This document shows, in pieces, positions 8,361-18,712 of a stretch of 64,000 bases of DNA. The notes beneath the pieces are model-generated. The model worked only from the letters and a program-made list of their open reading frames with translations, was not told the origin of the DNA and made no database searches. This DNA is from an uncultured Bdellovibrionales bacterium. GTDB taxonomy: Bacteria > Bdellovibrionota > Bdellovibrionia > Bdellovibrionales > JAEYZS01. The stretch spans positions 35,958 through 99,957 of the forward strand of contig CAYXYF010000004.1 of assembly GCA_964469265.1 (NCBI GenBank), read 5' to 3'. Position 1 is the first letter of the stretch. Each line of letters begins with the position of its first letter. The translations under genes were made by a program, and so were the position numbers.

Positions 8361-8543
8361 TTAATTTCGGTCGTAATTATTATGGTTTGTTTCAGCTGGA
8401 TCGAAGGGAGTCGCTGTTAGTGGTTCGGAGGTGCTATGACTGTTTATTGACATTTTATTTTCTCGAAATTCAATAACAGTGATAAGAGTCATTGTTATTG
8501 CTAGCACTGCTAATACGATACAAATTTTTAAGAATGTTTTCAT
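8361..8543 (-). CDS. Small membrane/exported protein
   Basis: 60 aa with the hydrophobic N-terminus KICIVLAVLAITMTLITVI. A strong RBS (AAGGAAGG) lies just upstream of the ATG on the minus strand. Confidence 0.5.
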   Translation of the reverse strand: MKTFLKICIVLAVLAITMTLITVIEFRENKMSINSHSTSEPLTATPFDPAETNHNNYDRN

Positions 8544-8691
8544 GGCCCCTTCCTTTTAAGAATTATTTTGTAAATTCAAGCGAATACTAGCATCAACGAC
8601 GGTATTTACGTGTTTAGTTTGTGACATAAATTTGCGGGAGACTTCAAATTTAAAGTGGATAGTTTGGGCGTTTTAAAATACTGTCTTACCT

Positions 8692-9594
8692 ATGTTGTTA
8701 CAAGAACGCCATGTTTATGTCTGCCATACCAACTATAAAGAAGAACTCTTGCGAGAACTTGGTACGGTTGAAGAAGATTTGGGGCAGTATGTAGTCAGTC
8801 CCGTCCGCCTTGAAGACTCCGTATGGGCACAAGATATTTTATACAGTGTAAAGAAAATTGAATTTGATTCCATTTCTCAGGCGGCCAAAGCGTTAAAAGA
8901 TATTCATTCCCATTGGACGGGAGATTCTTTATCACACCACCGACGGGCATCACTTATCCAAGAAAAACTAAACTATTTTAAGCATCCAGTGCTAGAGTTT
9001 TTAGGCGATATGCCAGCAAAAAAGTTTGGACTTTGGATAATGGTAAATGAAAACACTATCTATGCATCTGCTGATACCCGATCGCCAATTCCTTTTGGAA
9101 TAATTAATTTTAACGAAGATAAAAAAACTCCTCCTTCTAGAGCTTATTTGAAACTTTGGGAAACATTTACTGTCTTAAAAGCTTTACCTATAAAAACAGA
9201 TAGAGTTATTGATCTTGGAAGCTGTCCTGGGGGATGGTCATGGGTGCTTTCTCAAGTTGCAAATGAAGTGGTGAGTGTGGATAAAGCTCCTCTTGATGAG
9301 AAGATTGCACGTATAAAGAATATTCATTTTATTAAAAAAGATGCTTTTAAATTAAACCCGTCTGAAGTGGGACCAGTGGATTGGCTCTTCTCTGATATTA
9401 TTTGTGAGCCAAATCGTCTCTATGAACTTGTTCAGGTATGGAAAAACTTTGGGGTTGTAAACTTTGTTTGCACTATAAAATTTAAAGGAAAAACAGATTT
9501 TGATGCTCTAGAGCGGTTTAAAAGCATTTCTGGGTCTCAGTTGCGACATCTCTATAACAACAAGCACGAAATTACGTGGATTCTCACGCCATAA
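8692..9594 (+). CDS. rlmM: 23S rRNA 2'-O-ribose C2498 methyltransferase RlmM-like
   Basis: PPSRAYLKLWE...VIDLGSCPGGWSWVL...VDWLFSDIICEP...FVCTIKF matches the FtsJ-like core of RlmM (E. coli APSRSTLKLEE...DLGACPGGWTYQL...MVCDMVEKP...NLKLP). Confidence 0.7.
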   Translation: MLLQERHVYVCHTNYKEELLRELGTVEEDLGQYVVSPVRLEDSVWAQDILYSVKKIEFDSISQAAKALKDIHSHWTGDSLSHHRRASLIQEKLNYFKHPVLEFLGDMPAKKFGLWIMVNENTIYASADTRSPIPFGIINFNEDKKTPPSRAYLKLWETFTVLKALPIKTDRVIDLGSCPGGWSWVLSQVANEVVSVDKAPLDEKIARIKNIHFIKKDAFKLNPSEVGPVDWLFSDIICEPNRLYELVQVWKNFGVVNFVCTIKFKGKTDFDALERFKSISGSQLRHLYNNKHEITWILTP

Positions 9595-9613
9595 AATACT
9601 AGTATCGCTCGTT

Positions 9614-10156
9614 ATGGCAAAGCTCATTTTATCAATTGTTATTGCAGTTTCTTCTTCCATCAGCTTAGCGGATACTTGGAAGCCATGGGGATTTGAAAAC
9701 TACTCCAGAGACGAACGAAAAATCATTTACCGTTTAGATACTTTAACGAATATAAATAAGTCCCTTGTTCATATGCTATTTGAAGGTGCAAGATTTTCTA
9801 ATTGTGATGTCAAGGCTCATATGACTCCAAACGGAGTGGTGGTCTCGCTTGCTCACTTCGACTCCAAAAGAGCTTTTGGAATTTCTGTAGACACTAATAA
9901 CGCGCTTTTTAGCGATATCTTCTTTAGAAGTAAGAATCACGCGACCTATATTTTAGTTTCTGAACAAAAAGTAGTTACGCCAGATCCTAATGTAGAGTCC
10001 CTGACGTATCTCATGTACTTTGATGTGAACTTCGACGGTACAATTCGTGAGCTTAAAATATTTAGTCGAATCAATAAAATTAAAAAGCCGTTGCTTCCGA
10101 TGCTGGGTCGATCTGAGCGCTACTTTGACATTGGCCCTCATGCGGTATGTCGATAG
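9614..10156 (+). CDS. Exported hypothetical protein
   Basis: 180 aa with a signal-peptide-like N-terminus (LILSIVIAVSSSISLA/D). No family recognised. Confidence 0.5.
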   Translation: MAKLILSIVIAVSSSISLADTWKPWGFENYSRDERKIIYRLDTLTNINKSLVHMLFEGARFSNCDVKAHMTPNGVVVSLAHFDSKRAFGISVDTNNALFSDIFFRSKNHATYILVSEQKVVTPDPNVESLTYLMYFDVNFDGTIRELKIFSRINKIKKPLLPMLGRSERYFDIGPHAVCR

Positions 10157-10171
10157 GACATTTTGCCAAGT

Positions 10172-10194
10172 CTGTCCTAACTTAATCCTAACAG
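10172..10194 (+). promoter_or_regulatory. Candidate Pho box upstream of pstS
   Basis: CTGTCCTAACTTAATCCTAACAG contains the direct repeat TCCTAAC at 11-bp phasing. The first half, CTGTCCT, resembles the E. coli CTGTCAT half-site. A TATAAA box lies at 10202-10207, about 50 nt before the pstS ATG. Confidence 0.4.
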
Positions 10195-10251
10195 TTCGCC
10201 TTATAAAATTAGATTAGTATTTCTAGTAGAAGCTAAATATGGAGCGTCTAC

Positions 10252-11253
10252 ATGAAGCTGGGTTTGATTCTGTTTATTGTGTTTTCCACAAATTCCTTGT
10301 TTGCCGATCAACTCATCACTGGTGCGGGTGCGACGTTTCCTTATCCACTATATTCAAAATGGTTTAGCGAGTACTCAAAACAAAACAAAGACGTGCGAAT
10401 CAATTACCAATCCATCGGAAGTGGAGCGGGCATTAAGCAGCTGACATCAAAGACCGTTGACTTTGGGGCATCAGATGCGCCGATGTCAGATAAAGAGTTA
10501 GAAAATGCAAAAGGAAAAGTTGTGCACATTCCAACAGTTCTTGGTGCAGTAGTTATTAGTTACAACCTAGAGGGAGTATCAGAGTTAAATCTTTCTTCCG
10601 ACACGTTGGCAGGTATATTTATCGGCCAAATAAAAAAGTGGAATAATGAGCAGATCCAAAAAGACAATCCCAATCAAAAGCTTCCTAATCTTGATATTAC
10701 TCCAATCTATCGCGCCGACGGCAGCGGAACGACAGCTGTCTTTACAGACTATTTGGCTAAAGTTTCACCAGAATGGAAAAATCAGGTCGGAGCAGGGAAA
10801 GCTGTTCGGTGGAAAGCTGGCTTAGGTGGAAAGGGAAATGAGGGTGTATCTGCTCTTTTAAAACAAATTCCAGCAAGCATTGGTTATGTTGAACAGGCAT
10901 TTGCGATAACAAATAAAATTCCTATAGCGGCCATAAAAAACACTGCAGGCCAATTTGTAATGCCGACATTTGATTCCGTCACCGCTGCTGCGACGACATC
11001 TCTTGCAAATATACCTGAAGACTTTCGTGTCTCCATTACAAACCCGTCGGGGAAGGGAGCCTACCCAGTAGCCGCATTCACTTATATTCTTGTCTATCAA
11101 AAGCTCCCAGAAAAAAATGGCGCTGAGATAATAAAACTTCTTAACTGGATGATGGATAAAGGTCAGACCTATGCGAAGGACCTATCGTATTCGCCGCTTC
11201 CAGACGGTCTGAGATTAAAAGTAAAAGAAAAAATCGCAAAACTGGAGCCGTAG
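10252..11253 (+). CDS. pstS: Phosphate ABC transporter substrate-binding protein
   Basis: Signal peptide, then GAGATFPYPLYSKW...YQSIGSGAGI...DFGASDAP, typical of PstS. Confidence 0.92.
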   Translation: MKLGLILFIVFSTNSLFADQLITGAGATFPYPLYSKWFSEYSKQNKDVRINYQSIGSGAGIKQLTSKTVDFGASDAPMSDKELENAKGKVVHIPTVLGAVVISYNLEGVSELNLSSDTLAGIFIGQIKKWNNEQIQKDNPNQKLPNLDITPIYRADGSGTTAVFTDYLAKVSPEWKNQVGAGKAVRWKAGLGGKGNEGVSALLKQIPASIGYVEQAFAITNKIPIAAIKNTAGQFVMPTFDSVTAAATTSLANIPEDFRVSITNPSGKGAYPVAAFTYILVYQKLPEKNGAEIIKLLNWMMDKGQTYAKDLSYSPLPDGLRLKVKEKIAKLEP

Positions 11254-11256
11254 CGT

Positions 11257-12189
11257 TTGCAAAAAAGATCTGACTTACATTTAGGTGATCAAGTATTTTA
11301 TTGGACGTTAAAAGGCGTAGCTTTTTCGATTATCATTTTGTTAGCCGCGTTTTTTATTCTTCTGTTAAAGATGTCCTGGCCAGCCATTTCAAATAGTGGG
11401 ATTAGTTTTTTTTGGACCAACGATTGGAATCCCGTGACAGAAGTCTACGGAGCATTGCCTTTTATATTCGGAACTGTCGTTACATCTGTTGTAGCCCTGA
11501 TTTTATCCGTTCCTGTAAGTTTGGGGGCAGCACTTTTAATTACGGAAATCACACGCGGTCAGCTGAGAAAAGTTTTGGGCTTCTTAGTTGAAATGCTCGC
11601 TGCAATTCCCAGCGTGGTATATGGTCTTTGGGGACTATTTGTTATTGTTCCTTACTTAAGAACGACGGTGCAGCCTTTTTTAAAAAAATATTTTGGATTC
11701 CTGCCATTTTTTGAAGGAGCACCTATTGGTGTGGGCATTTTGGCTGCGGGCGTGGTTTTAGCCATTATGATCACACCGACTATTGCAACAATTTGCCGAG
11801 AAATTTTCTTAACGATTCCAAAGGTAAATAAAGAAGGTGCTCTTGCTTTGGGGGCTACAAAATGGGAGATGATTAATCTCACAGTCCTCAAAGGTTCCCT
11901 TTCAGGGGTTTTAGGCGCTATCATTCTAGGCATGGGAAGGGCATTGGGAGAGACAATGGCTGTTGCCATGGTCATTGGTAATCGCCCAGAGATTACAGCA
12001 TCGTTATTTAGCCCAGCTCAGAGCATGGCGAGTTTGCTAGCCAACGAATATGCTGAAGCATCGACAGATTTGCATATCGCATCACTGACTGCAATTGGTC
12101 TTGGTCTTATGTTGGTTTCACTTATTGTAAACTCCATAGCGCGTCTTATTGTCTGGAAAGTTGGAAGACGTTTTAAGGGGGCAAAGTGA
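11257..12189 (+). CDS. pstC: Phosphate ABC transporter permease PstC
   Basis: Polytopic membrane protein with the EAA-type loop GALALGATKWEM. Its position follows pstS. TTG start. Confidence 0.88.
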   Translation: MQKRSDLHLGDQVFYWTLKGVAFSIIILLAAFFILLLKMSWPAISNSGISFFWTNDWNPVTEVYGALPFIFGTVVTSVVALILSVPVSLGAALLITEITRGQLRKVLGFLVEMLAAIPSVVYGLWGLFVIVPYLRTTVQPFLKKYFGFLPFFEGAPIGVGILAAGVVLAIMITPTIATICREIFLTIPKVNKEGALALGATKWEMINLTVLKGSLSGVLGAIILGMGRALGETMAVAMVIGNRPEITASLFSPAQSMASLLANEYAEASTDLHIASLTAIGLGLMLVSLIVNSIARLIVWKVGRRFKGAK

Positions 12190-13061
12190 GAAGCAACCTT
12201 CGTCGTGTCTTAAGCATTAACGACTACAAAAGAAAACTTACAAACACGTTGATGATGGTTTTTATCGTCGTTGCCTCTGCTCTTGCGATATTTCCTCTTT
12301 TGAGTGTTTTTAGTTTTGTTTTCCAGAAAGGCTTTGCTGCATTATCTTGGGACTTTTTTACAAACCTACCTGCACCCGTCGGAGAATCGGGTGGTGGGAT
12401 TGCACAAAGTATTGCTGGAAGTGGGATGTTAATTCTGTTAGCAAGTTTAATTGGAGTTCCATGGGGAATGGCATCAGGAATTTATATTGCTGAATATGGT
12501 CACGGTAAAAGCGCATGGTTTTTACGTTTTTCAAATGATCTTTTAATGGGAGTTCCATCGATTGTTGTAGGGTTATTTGTATACTCCATCGTAGTTGCGC
12601 CCATGCAAGGGTTTTCGCTTTTAGCTGGTGGAATTGCACTGGGAATAATTATGATTCCAATTGTGTCTCGTTCAACAGAGGAGATTCTTAAAACAGTGCC
12701 TCATCATATCCGAGAAGCAGGCCTTGCACTGGGCATATCTCGTTACAAAGTGATTTTAAATATTATTTTAAGAGGAAGTTGGGGAGCAATTATAACAGGA
12801 GTGATACTGAGTATTGCCCGCATCAGTGGGGAAACTGCTCCACTATTGTTTACATCTTTTAATAATCAGTTTTGGTCGTTTTCGCCGACCGAGCCAGTTT
12901 CCTCTTTGCCAATTCAAATTTATACATACGCAATTAGCCCCTTTGAAGACTGGCAAACTCAGGCGTGGGGCGCAGCTTTAGTGTTAATTTTATTTATTTT
13001 GATTATCAATATATGTGTGCGTTTAATATTCTCACAATCCGATCGACGGAGAAGAAAATAA
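12186..13061 (+). CDS. pstA: Phosphate ABC transporter permease PstA
   Basis: Polytopic membrane protein with the loop [13 protein letters not shown]. Its GTG start overlaps the pstC stop by 4 nt. Confidence 0.88.
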   Translation: MRSNLRRVLSINDYKRKLTNTLMMVFIVVASALAIFPLLSVFSFVFQKGFAALSWDFFTNLPAPVGESGGGIAQSIAGSGMLILLASLIGVPWGMASGIYIAEYGHGKSAWFLRFSNDLLMGVPSIVVGLFVYSIVVAPMQGFSLLAGGIALGIIMIPIVSRSTEEILKTVPHHIREAGLALGISRYKVILNIILRGSWGAIITGVILSIARISGETAPLLFTSFNNQFWSFSPTEPVSSLPIQIYTYAISPFEDWQTQAWGAALVLILFILIINICVRLIFSQSDRRRRK

Positions 13062-13062
13062 A

Positions 13063-13830
13063 ATGAGCAAAAAGACAAACCTACTTGAAGTTAAAAATTT
13101 AAATGCCTGGTTTGATGATTTCCAAGCCCTGAGAGACATCAATTTATCAGCGCAAGAAAATGATATTCTTGCTCTAATCGGCCCCTCAGGTTGTGGTAAG
13201 TCGACCTTTATCAGATGTCTTAACCGCCTTCATGAAGAAGTGCCCAGTGCCCGAGTTAAAGGCGAAGTTTTTATTAACGGTGAAGACATCTATAAAAGAG
13301 GAACGGACCCCGTTAAAGTCAGGCGAAATGTGGGAATGGTCTTTCAAAAGCCCAATCCTTTTCCTGGCCTCACGATCTTTGAGAATGTAGCTATAGGATT
13401 AAAGCTATCTGGAGTGAAAAGAAAGTCTATCTTAAGCGGAATAGTTGAAAAGTCCTTAAAGCAAGCAGCCCTATGGGATGAAGTAAAAGATAAACTCAAC
13501 CAACCTGGTACAAGTTTATCTGGGGGACAGCAACAAAGGTTGTGCATTGCCCGGGCTTTGGCGGTCAGCCCCCCAATCCTACTTATGGACGAGCCCACAA
13601 GCGCGCTAGACCCGATTTCGACGGCCCGGATAGAAGACCTTTTACAAGATCTTCGAAAGCATGTAACAATAGTTATTGTGACTCATAATATGCAGCAGGC
13701 ATCAAGAGTATCATCGAAGACAGCATTCTTTTTGTCTGGAAAAATTATTGAATTTGGTGCGACAGCGCAAATATTCACAAAGCCTAAGAACTTAAAGACT
13801 GAAGAATACATTACTGGAAGATTCGGTTGA
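13063..13830 (+). CDS. pstB: Phosphate ABC transporter ATP-binding protein
   Basis: Walker [10 protein letters not shown], signature LSGGQQQRL, Walker [13 protein letters not shown], and the PstB-typical FIRCLNRL. Confidence 0.93.
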   Translation: MSKKTNLLEVKNLNAWFDDFQALRDINLSAQENDILALIGPSGCGKSTFIRCLNRLHEEVPSARVKGEVFINGEDIYKRGTDPVKVRRNVGMVFQKPNPFPGLTIFENVAIGLKLSGVKRKSILSGIVEKSLKQAALWDEVKDKLNQPGTSLSGGQQQRLCIARALAVSPPILLMDEPTSALDPISTARIEDLLQDLRKHVTIVIVTHNMQQASRVSSKTAFFLSGKIIEFGATAQIFTKPKNLKTEEYITGRFG

Positions 13831-13841
13831 TAGGAAAGAGT

Positions 13842-14513
13842 ATGTCAGAGCAACAGAAAGAATTGGAACAATTAAAAAACGTCCTCTCACAAATGGGCGG
13901 GTACGTTGAAGAGGCTCTTAAACAAGCCACACAAGCCCTTCTTGATCGAAACCCTCATAATCACGAACGTGTTCAGAGCATAGAAGATAAAATTAATGAG
14001 TCTCACTTATTAGTGGACAAGATGTGTTTAAATCTTTTGGCTAAGCTATCTCCGTTTGCTTCAGATTTAAGGTTGATATTAGCATGCTATAGAATGAATA
14101 GCGATCTTGAGCGCATGGGAGACCATGCACGCAATATCTCACGCGGTACAAGCCAGTATCTTTCACGAAAAGAAATTCCACACGAAAAGGAATTTTTAAA
14201 ACTCATTAACGAAACGCGGTCTATGGTGGAGAGGTCTTTAAATAGTTTCGTAAATCACGATGTTGACCTTGCAAAAGATGTCTTAAAGCAAGATGACATC
14301 GTTGATGAGCTTAAAGATTCTTTGACCCTAAAAATGAAAGATCTCATGAAGTCAGACCCAGCTTATGTCGAGTCAGCTTTAGATTTTATCTTGTTTGCGC
14401 GGAACCTCGAACGGATTGGCGATCTTGCAACAAATATTGCAGAAGATGTTATCTTCATATCGCTCGGAGACGACATAAGACATGGAAATATTGAGAAATC
14501 GAAGGAAGAATAA
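13842..14513 (+). CDS. phoU: Phosphate signalling complex protein PhoU
   Basis: Two PhoU repeats ending in DLERMGDHARNI and NLERIGDLATNIAEDV. Start set at ATG 13842 (RBS AGGAAAGAG). Confidence 0.9.
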   Translation: MSEQQKELEQLKNVLSQMGGYVEEALKQATQALLDRNPHNHERVQSIEDKINESHLLVDKMCLNLLAKLSPFASDLRLILACYRMNSDLERMGDHARNISRGTSQYLSRKEIPHEKEFLKLINETRSMVERSLNSFVNHDVDLAKDVLKQDDIVDELKDSLTLKMKDLMKSDPAYVESALDFILFARNLERIGDLATNIAEDVIFISLGDDIRHGNIEKSKEE

Positions 14514-15196
14514 TGGTAGAAGTTTTGGTTGTCGAAGACGAGCGCGATATTAACGATCTTGTTTCTCTTCATTTTGAGCGAGCTGGTTATCGTGTCGACC
14601 AGGCCTTTGACGGAGTTGAAGGTTTAACCTTAGCTTTGAATAAAACATATTCTGTTATTGTCTTAGATTGGATGCTTCCAGGTAAAAGTGGTTTAGATCT
14701 TTTAAAAGAATTACGCATTCATAAAAACAGCAATAGTGTCGCCGTTATTATGGCCACAGCAAAAGGTCAGGCCGATGATATAATTTTAGCCCTTGAATCT
14801 GGCGCCGATGACTATATCGCAAAGCCCTACGACATTGACGTATTAAAGGCTAGAGTCAAAGCCTTGTTAAGACGGGGCCCTATGGTCTCCGAATCTCAAA
14901 AATCGGTAATCAAGGTTCAAGGATTAGAATTAAACAGTAAAGAACATAAAGTTCACTGCGACGGAAAAGAAGTTGATTTAACTATCTCAGAATTTAAATT
15001 GCTTGCAGCACTGATGATGAATTTAGGAGAGGTCTTATCCCGTAAAGAGCTAATTGCAGAAATTCAAGGAGAAGGCGTCAGCGTGGTCGATCGTTCCATC
15101 GACACGCATATGGTTGGATTACGAAAAAAGATCGGCCCCTGTGCAGATTTAATACAAACAGTGCGAGGAGTAGGTTACAAAATTGACAATGAATAA
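14513..15196 (+). CDS. phoB: Phosphate regulon response regulator (OmpR/PhoB family)
   Basis: Receiver domain (VVEDE...VLDWMLPGKSG...KP) plus a winged helix (LRKKIG...VRGVGYK). Its ATG overlaps the phoU stop by 1 nt. Confidence 0.85.
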   Translation: MVEVLVVEDERDINDLVSLHFERAGYRVDQAFDGVEGLTLALNKTYSVIVLDWMLPGKSGLDLLKELRIHKNSNSVAVIMATAKGQADDIILALESGADDYIAKPYDIDVLKARVKALLRRGPMVSESQKSVIKVQGLELNSKEHKVHCDGKEVDLTISEFKLLAALMMNLGEVLSRKELIAEIQGEGVSVVDRSIDTHMVGLRKKIGPCADLIQTVRGVGYKIDNE

Positions 15197-16646
15197 AAAC
15201 GTAAAAACCAACTATCTGAAGACACTCGAGTTTCAAGCTGTAAAAAAGTTTTTACTTATATTTTTAATAGTTTCAATTGCGCTTTTTAGTTTTTATACTT
15301 TGCTGAATAACGCATTTTCTGAGGTCTTAGTTGATCAGCCCGAACTTCAAAAATTATTTCTTCTTTATTATTCTTTATTCGCTATTTTTATTTTGGGAAC
15401 TTACTTTGTTGTCGGAGTTGGTTTTTACCGACAGATATTTCTTCCTTTGCCACAGGTTTTAAGGCGGCTTCAGGATATAAAAGTCCATAAGAAAGAAAAC
15501 GAACCTGAAGACTATTTCACAGAGCTTCCTGACTTTTGGAATGTTATTGAAGAAGAGGTTTTGGCCATCGCAAAGACCATTGGACGAAGACAGAAACATG
15601 CCGAACGCATAAGAAAAACCATAGAACGCATACTTGATGTCTTCCCCGAACCTACGCTCATTGTTGGAAACGATAGTGGGATTAACTATCTTAACTCTGC
15701 ATTTAAGGAAATCTTCGGCGCTCACATTGAAAAAAGCACGGAAGACTTATACCTACATGATATCTTTCGAGAGCCAGATATACTATCTATGGTGACCGAC
15801 ATAAAATCTGAAACGATTGAAAAAGAAGTACAAGTTGCATTAAGAGATTCAAATCAGACAAAATTTTTTATTGCGTATAAAACTCCTTTTGCCACCCGAC
15901 TAGAAGACGTCACTCAAGAATCGATGGTGATTTTTCATGATATTACTTCTTTGAAACGAACTGAGCTTATGAAAGTCGATTTTGTATCTAATGTTTCTCA
16001 TGAACTACGAACACCTATTACTTCTATTCAAGGTTACGTGAAGACGTTGCGTGAAGATATTGCGTCTAACCGCCTTGAAAATGTCGATAAGTTTTTTGGT
16101 ATCGTAGAATCTCAAGTTGATCGGCTCAGCTTATTGATTCGAGACTTGTTGGAGTTATCTTTTTTAGAATCCAGCACCACGTTAACTAAAACTCAAATTG
16201 GCGTTCGCTCGTTGACAGAAAAGATATTAAGTCAGTTTGAAATGGAATTTAAAAGCGGCGAATACTCTGTTGTGGGAACTTATGATGTGGATTCAGTTGA
16301 TGGGGAGCCTCGTTTAATTGAGCAGATCCTAACCAATCTGATTCAAAACGCACTACGGTACACACCACCAGGAACAAATATTCAGGTCACCTGGCGAAAA
16401 TCTCCGAGCGGTGTTGAGCTTGTATTTAAAGATAATGGACCTGGAATTTCAGAAGAACATGTTGATCGGCTTTTTGAGCGCTTTTACCGTGTAGACCCAC
16501 ACCGTTCAAGATCACGCGGTGGAACAGGCTTAGGACTGTCGATCGTAAAGCATATCATGCAGCGACATGATGGAAGTGTGCGACTTTCTTCAAAACTGGG
16601 TCATGGTATGGAGTTCATCTGCACTTTTCCTGATAAAAAATCTTGA
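15189..16646 (+). CDS. phoR: Phosphate regulon sensor histidine kinase
   Basis: Two N-terminal TM helices, H-box FVSNVSHELRTPITSI, N-box NLIQNALRYT, and G-boxes DNGPGI and GGTGLGLSIV. Overlaps the phoB 3' end. Confidence 0.85.
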   Translation: MNKNVKTNYLKTLEFQAVKKFLLIFLIVSIALFSFYTLLNNAFSEVLVDQPELQKLFLLYYSLFAIFILGTYFVVGVGFYRQIFLPLPQVLRRLQDIKVHKKENEPEDYFTELPDFWNVIEEEVLAIAKTIGRRQKHAERIRKTIERILDVFPEPTLIVGNDSGINYLNSAFKEIFGAHIEKSTEDLYLHDIFREPDILSMVTDIKSETIEKEVQVALRDSNQTKFFIAYKTPFATRLEDVTQESMVIFHDITSLKRTELMKVDFVSNVSHELRTPITSIQGYVKTLREDIASNRLENVDKFFGIVESQVDRLSLLIRDLLELSFLESSTTLTKTQIGVRSLTEKILSQFEMEFKSGEYSVVGTYDVDSVDGEPRLIEQILTNLIQNALRYTPPGTNIQVTWRKSPSGVELVFKDNGPGISEEHVDRLFERFYRVDPHRSRSRGGTGLGLSIVKHIMQRHDGSVRLSSKLGHGMEFICTFPDKKS

Positions 16647-16693
16647 TGGACAAAACCTAAGCGAGTAATTTGTGCCTCAAAGGTAGGACCGTT

Positions 16694-17173
16694 ATGAACT
16701 TAGCTCAATGGAAAATCCCTTCTTCAGTGGGAACACTATATATTGTGACTTCAGATAAAGGACTAACAGGAGTTCACTTTCAGAGACAAAAGGTAAAAAT
16801 ACCAAATTCTCTTGAAGGAACAGCTCCCGAGATTAAAAACTTGAAACAAGCCGTCCGCCAAATCTCTGAATATTTCTCAAAGAAGAGAACAAGCTTTGAT
16901 CTTTCCTTAGACCTCAAGGGCACAGCGTTTCAAAAGAAGGTTTGGACTCAGCTCTCTAAAATACCTTACGGAAAAACTGTGTCTTATAAAGATGTAGCCA
17001 CTCAAATAAAAAACCACAAAGCGGTCCGTGCCGTGGGGACCGCAAACGGTAAAAACCCAGTTTGTATTGTAATCCCTTGTCACCGTGTTATTGCGTCTGA
17101 TGGAAGTCTTGGCGGTTATACTGGTGGTTTAGATATTAAAACAAAGTTGCTTGCGCTTGAGACGCAAGCATAG
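16694..17173 (+). CDS. ogt: Methylated-DNA--protein-cysteine methyltransferase
   Basis: Active site IPCHRV, plus YGKTVSYKDVA and AVGTANGKNP. Start set at ATG 16694. Confidence 0.9.
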   Translation: MNLAQWKIPSSVGTLYIVTSDKGLTGVHFQRQKVKIPNSLEGTAPEIKNLKQAVRQISEYFSKKRTSFDLSLDLKGTAFQKKVWTQLSKIPYGKTVSYKDVATQIKNHKAVRAVGTANGKNPVCIVIPCHRVIASDGSLGGYTGGLDIKTKLLALETQA

Positions 17174-17180
17174 TGAAAAA

Positions 17181-17906
17181 TTATTCTCCGAGATAAGCTT
17201 TTCGAACTTGGTCTGAACTTAAAAGTTCCTTTGATGAGCCTTGAAGCGCAATATTTCCAGTCTCTAAAACAATACCCCTATGGGAGATTTCAAGGGCTTG
17301 TAGAGCATTTTGCTCCACCATTAGAACAGTCTTACCCTCTTTGTTGATTTTCACAATAATATCAAAAATTCTTTCAATAATTTGTGGAGCTAGGCCAAGA
17401 CTGGGTTCATCCAGTAGTAAGATTTTTGGATGAGCCATTAAAGCTCTTGCGATGGTTAGCATCTGTTGTTCTCCGCCAGACAAGGTGCCAGCGTTTTGTT
17501 TTCTACGCTCCTTTAATCGTGGAAAGAGTTCAAAAGCGTATTCTAAATCTTGTTTTAAAGCCGATTTATCTTTCTGAGTCCATGCACCGAGATCAAGATT
17601 TTCTTCCACGGAAAGGTTTAAGAAAATTCCACGACCCTCTGGGCACTGCGAGATACCTTTTTTAACAATGAGATCAGGAAACATTTGAGAGATGTTTTCT
17701 CCCTCAAATGTAATATTACCTCTAAATTTTGAAAGTCCCGAGATTGCTCTTAGAGTTGTTGATTTACCAGCACCATTTGCGCCAATAAGAGCAACAATCT
17801 CTCCCTGCTTTACAGAGAAGCTTACGTTTTTAATGGCCTGAATTACTCCATAATTCACACTGACGTTTTCTAGAACTAAAAGATCTTTTTTATCTGCACT
17901 TGTCAT
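17181..17906 (-). CDS. livF: Branched-chain amino acid ABC transporter ATP-binding protein LivF
   Basis: Walker [10 protein letters not shown], signature LSGGEQQML, Walker [14 protein letters not shown]. Confidence 0.88.
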   Translation of the reverse strand: MTSADKKDLLVLENVSVNYGVIQAIKNVSFSVKQGEIVALIGANGAGKSTTLRAISGLSKFRGNITFEGENISQMFPDLIVKKGISQCPEGRGIFLNLSVEENLDLGAWTQKDKSALKQDLEYAFELFPRLKERRKQNAGTLSGGEQQMLTIARALMAHPKILLLDEPSLGLAPQIIERIFDIIVKINKEGKTVLMVEQNALQALEISHRGIVLETGNIALQGSSKELLSSDQVRKAYLGE

Positions 17907-18712
17907 TTTTGATCCTTAGGCTTTTTATCTTTTGCTTTACCTAGATAAGCTTCAATCACTCGTGGGTTCTTCTGAATTTCAGCAGGTAGACCTTCGGCAA
18001 TTTTCACACCGTAATCTAAAACCGCAATACGTTCACAGATTCCCATCACAAGTTTCATATCGTGCTCGATAAGAACAATAGTAATCCCAAACTTATCTCT
18101 AATGAGACGAATGGTTGCCATGAGTTCTGCTGTTTCTTGACCGTTCATTCCAGCAGCTGGCTCATCAAGGAGTAAAACTTTTGCTCCTGTTGCCATCGCA
18201 CGAGCAATTTCAAGACGGCGCTGATCTCCGTAAGGAAGATTTTTTGCCGCCGTATCTTTTTTGTCTTCAAGGTTAAAGATATTAAGAAGTTTTACGGCCT
18301 CTTTAAGTTTTTGGGCCTCGTTATCCAACACGGGATTGAGTTCAAATACAGTTTTAAAAAGCCCATAAGAAGGCCTTTGTTTATCCTGATCCATGGAAAT
18401 TAAAATATTTTGTAAAACCGAGAGGTCCTTGAATAAGCGAATGTTTTGAAATGTTCTTGCAAGACCGCTTCCAGTGATCTCGTTAGGCTTTTTACCAGCC
18501 AAACTGTTTCCGCAAGCAAAGACTTCTCCGATGGTCGGAGTGTAAACACCAGTTAACATATTAAAGATTGTTGTCTTACCAGCTCCGTTGGGACCGATAA
18601 GACCAAAGATCGTGCGCTCTGGAACTTTGAGTGAAAAATCAGAGACGGCTTTTAAGCCACCAAACTGCATCGTTAAGTTTTTAAGCTCTAATGCGAGTGG
18701 AGTACTGCTCAT
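17903..18712 (-). CDS. livG: Branched-chain amino acid ABC transporter ATP-binding protein LivG
   Basis: Walker [35 protein letters not shown]. Overlaps livF and livM by 4 nt each. Confidence 0.88.
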   Translation of the reverse strand: MSSTPLALELKNLTMQFGGLKAVSDFSLKVPERTIFGLIGPNGAGKTTIFNMLTGVYTPTIGEVFACGNSLAGKKPNEITGSGLARTFQNIRLFKDLSVLQNILISMDQDKQRPSYGLFKTVFELNPVLDNEAQKLKEAVKLLNIFNLEDKKDTAAKNLPYGDQRRLEIARAMATGAKVLLLDEPAAGMNGQETAELMATIRLIRDKFGITIVLIEHDMKLVMGICERIAVLDYGVKIAEGLPAEIQKNPRVIEAYLGKAKDKKPKDQK

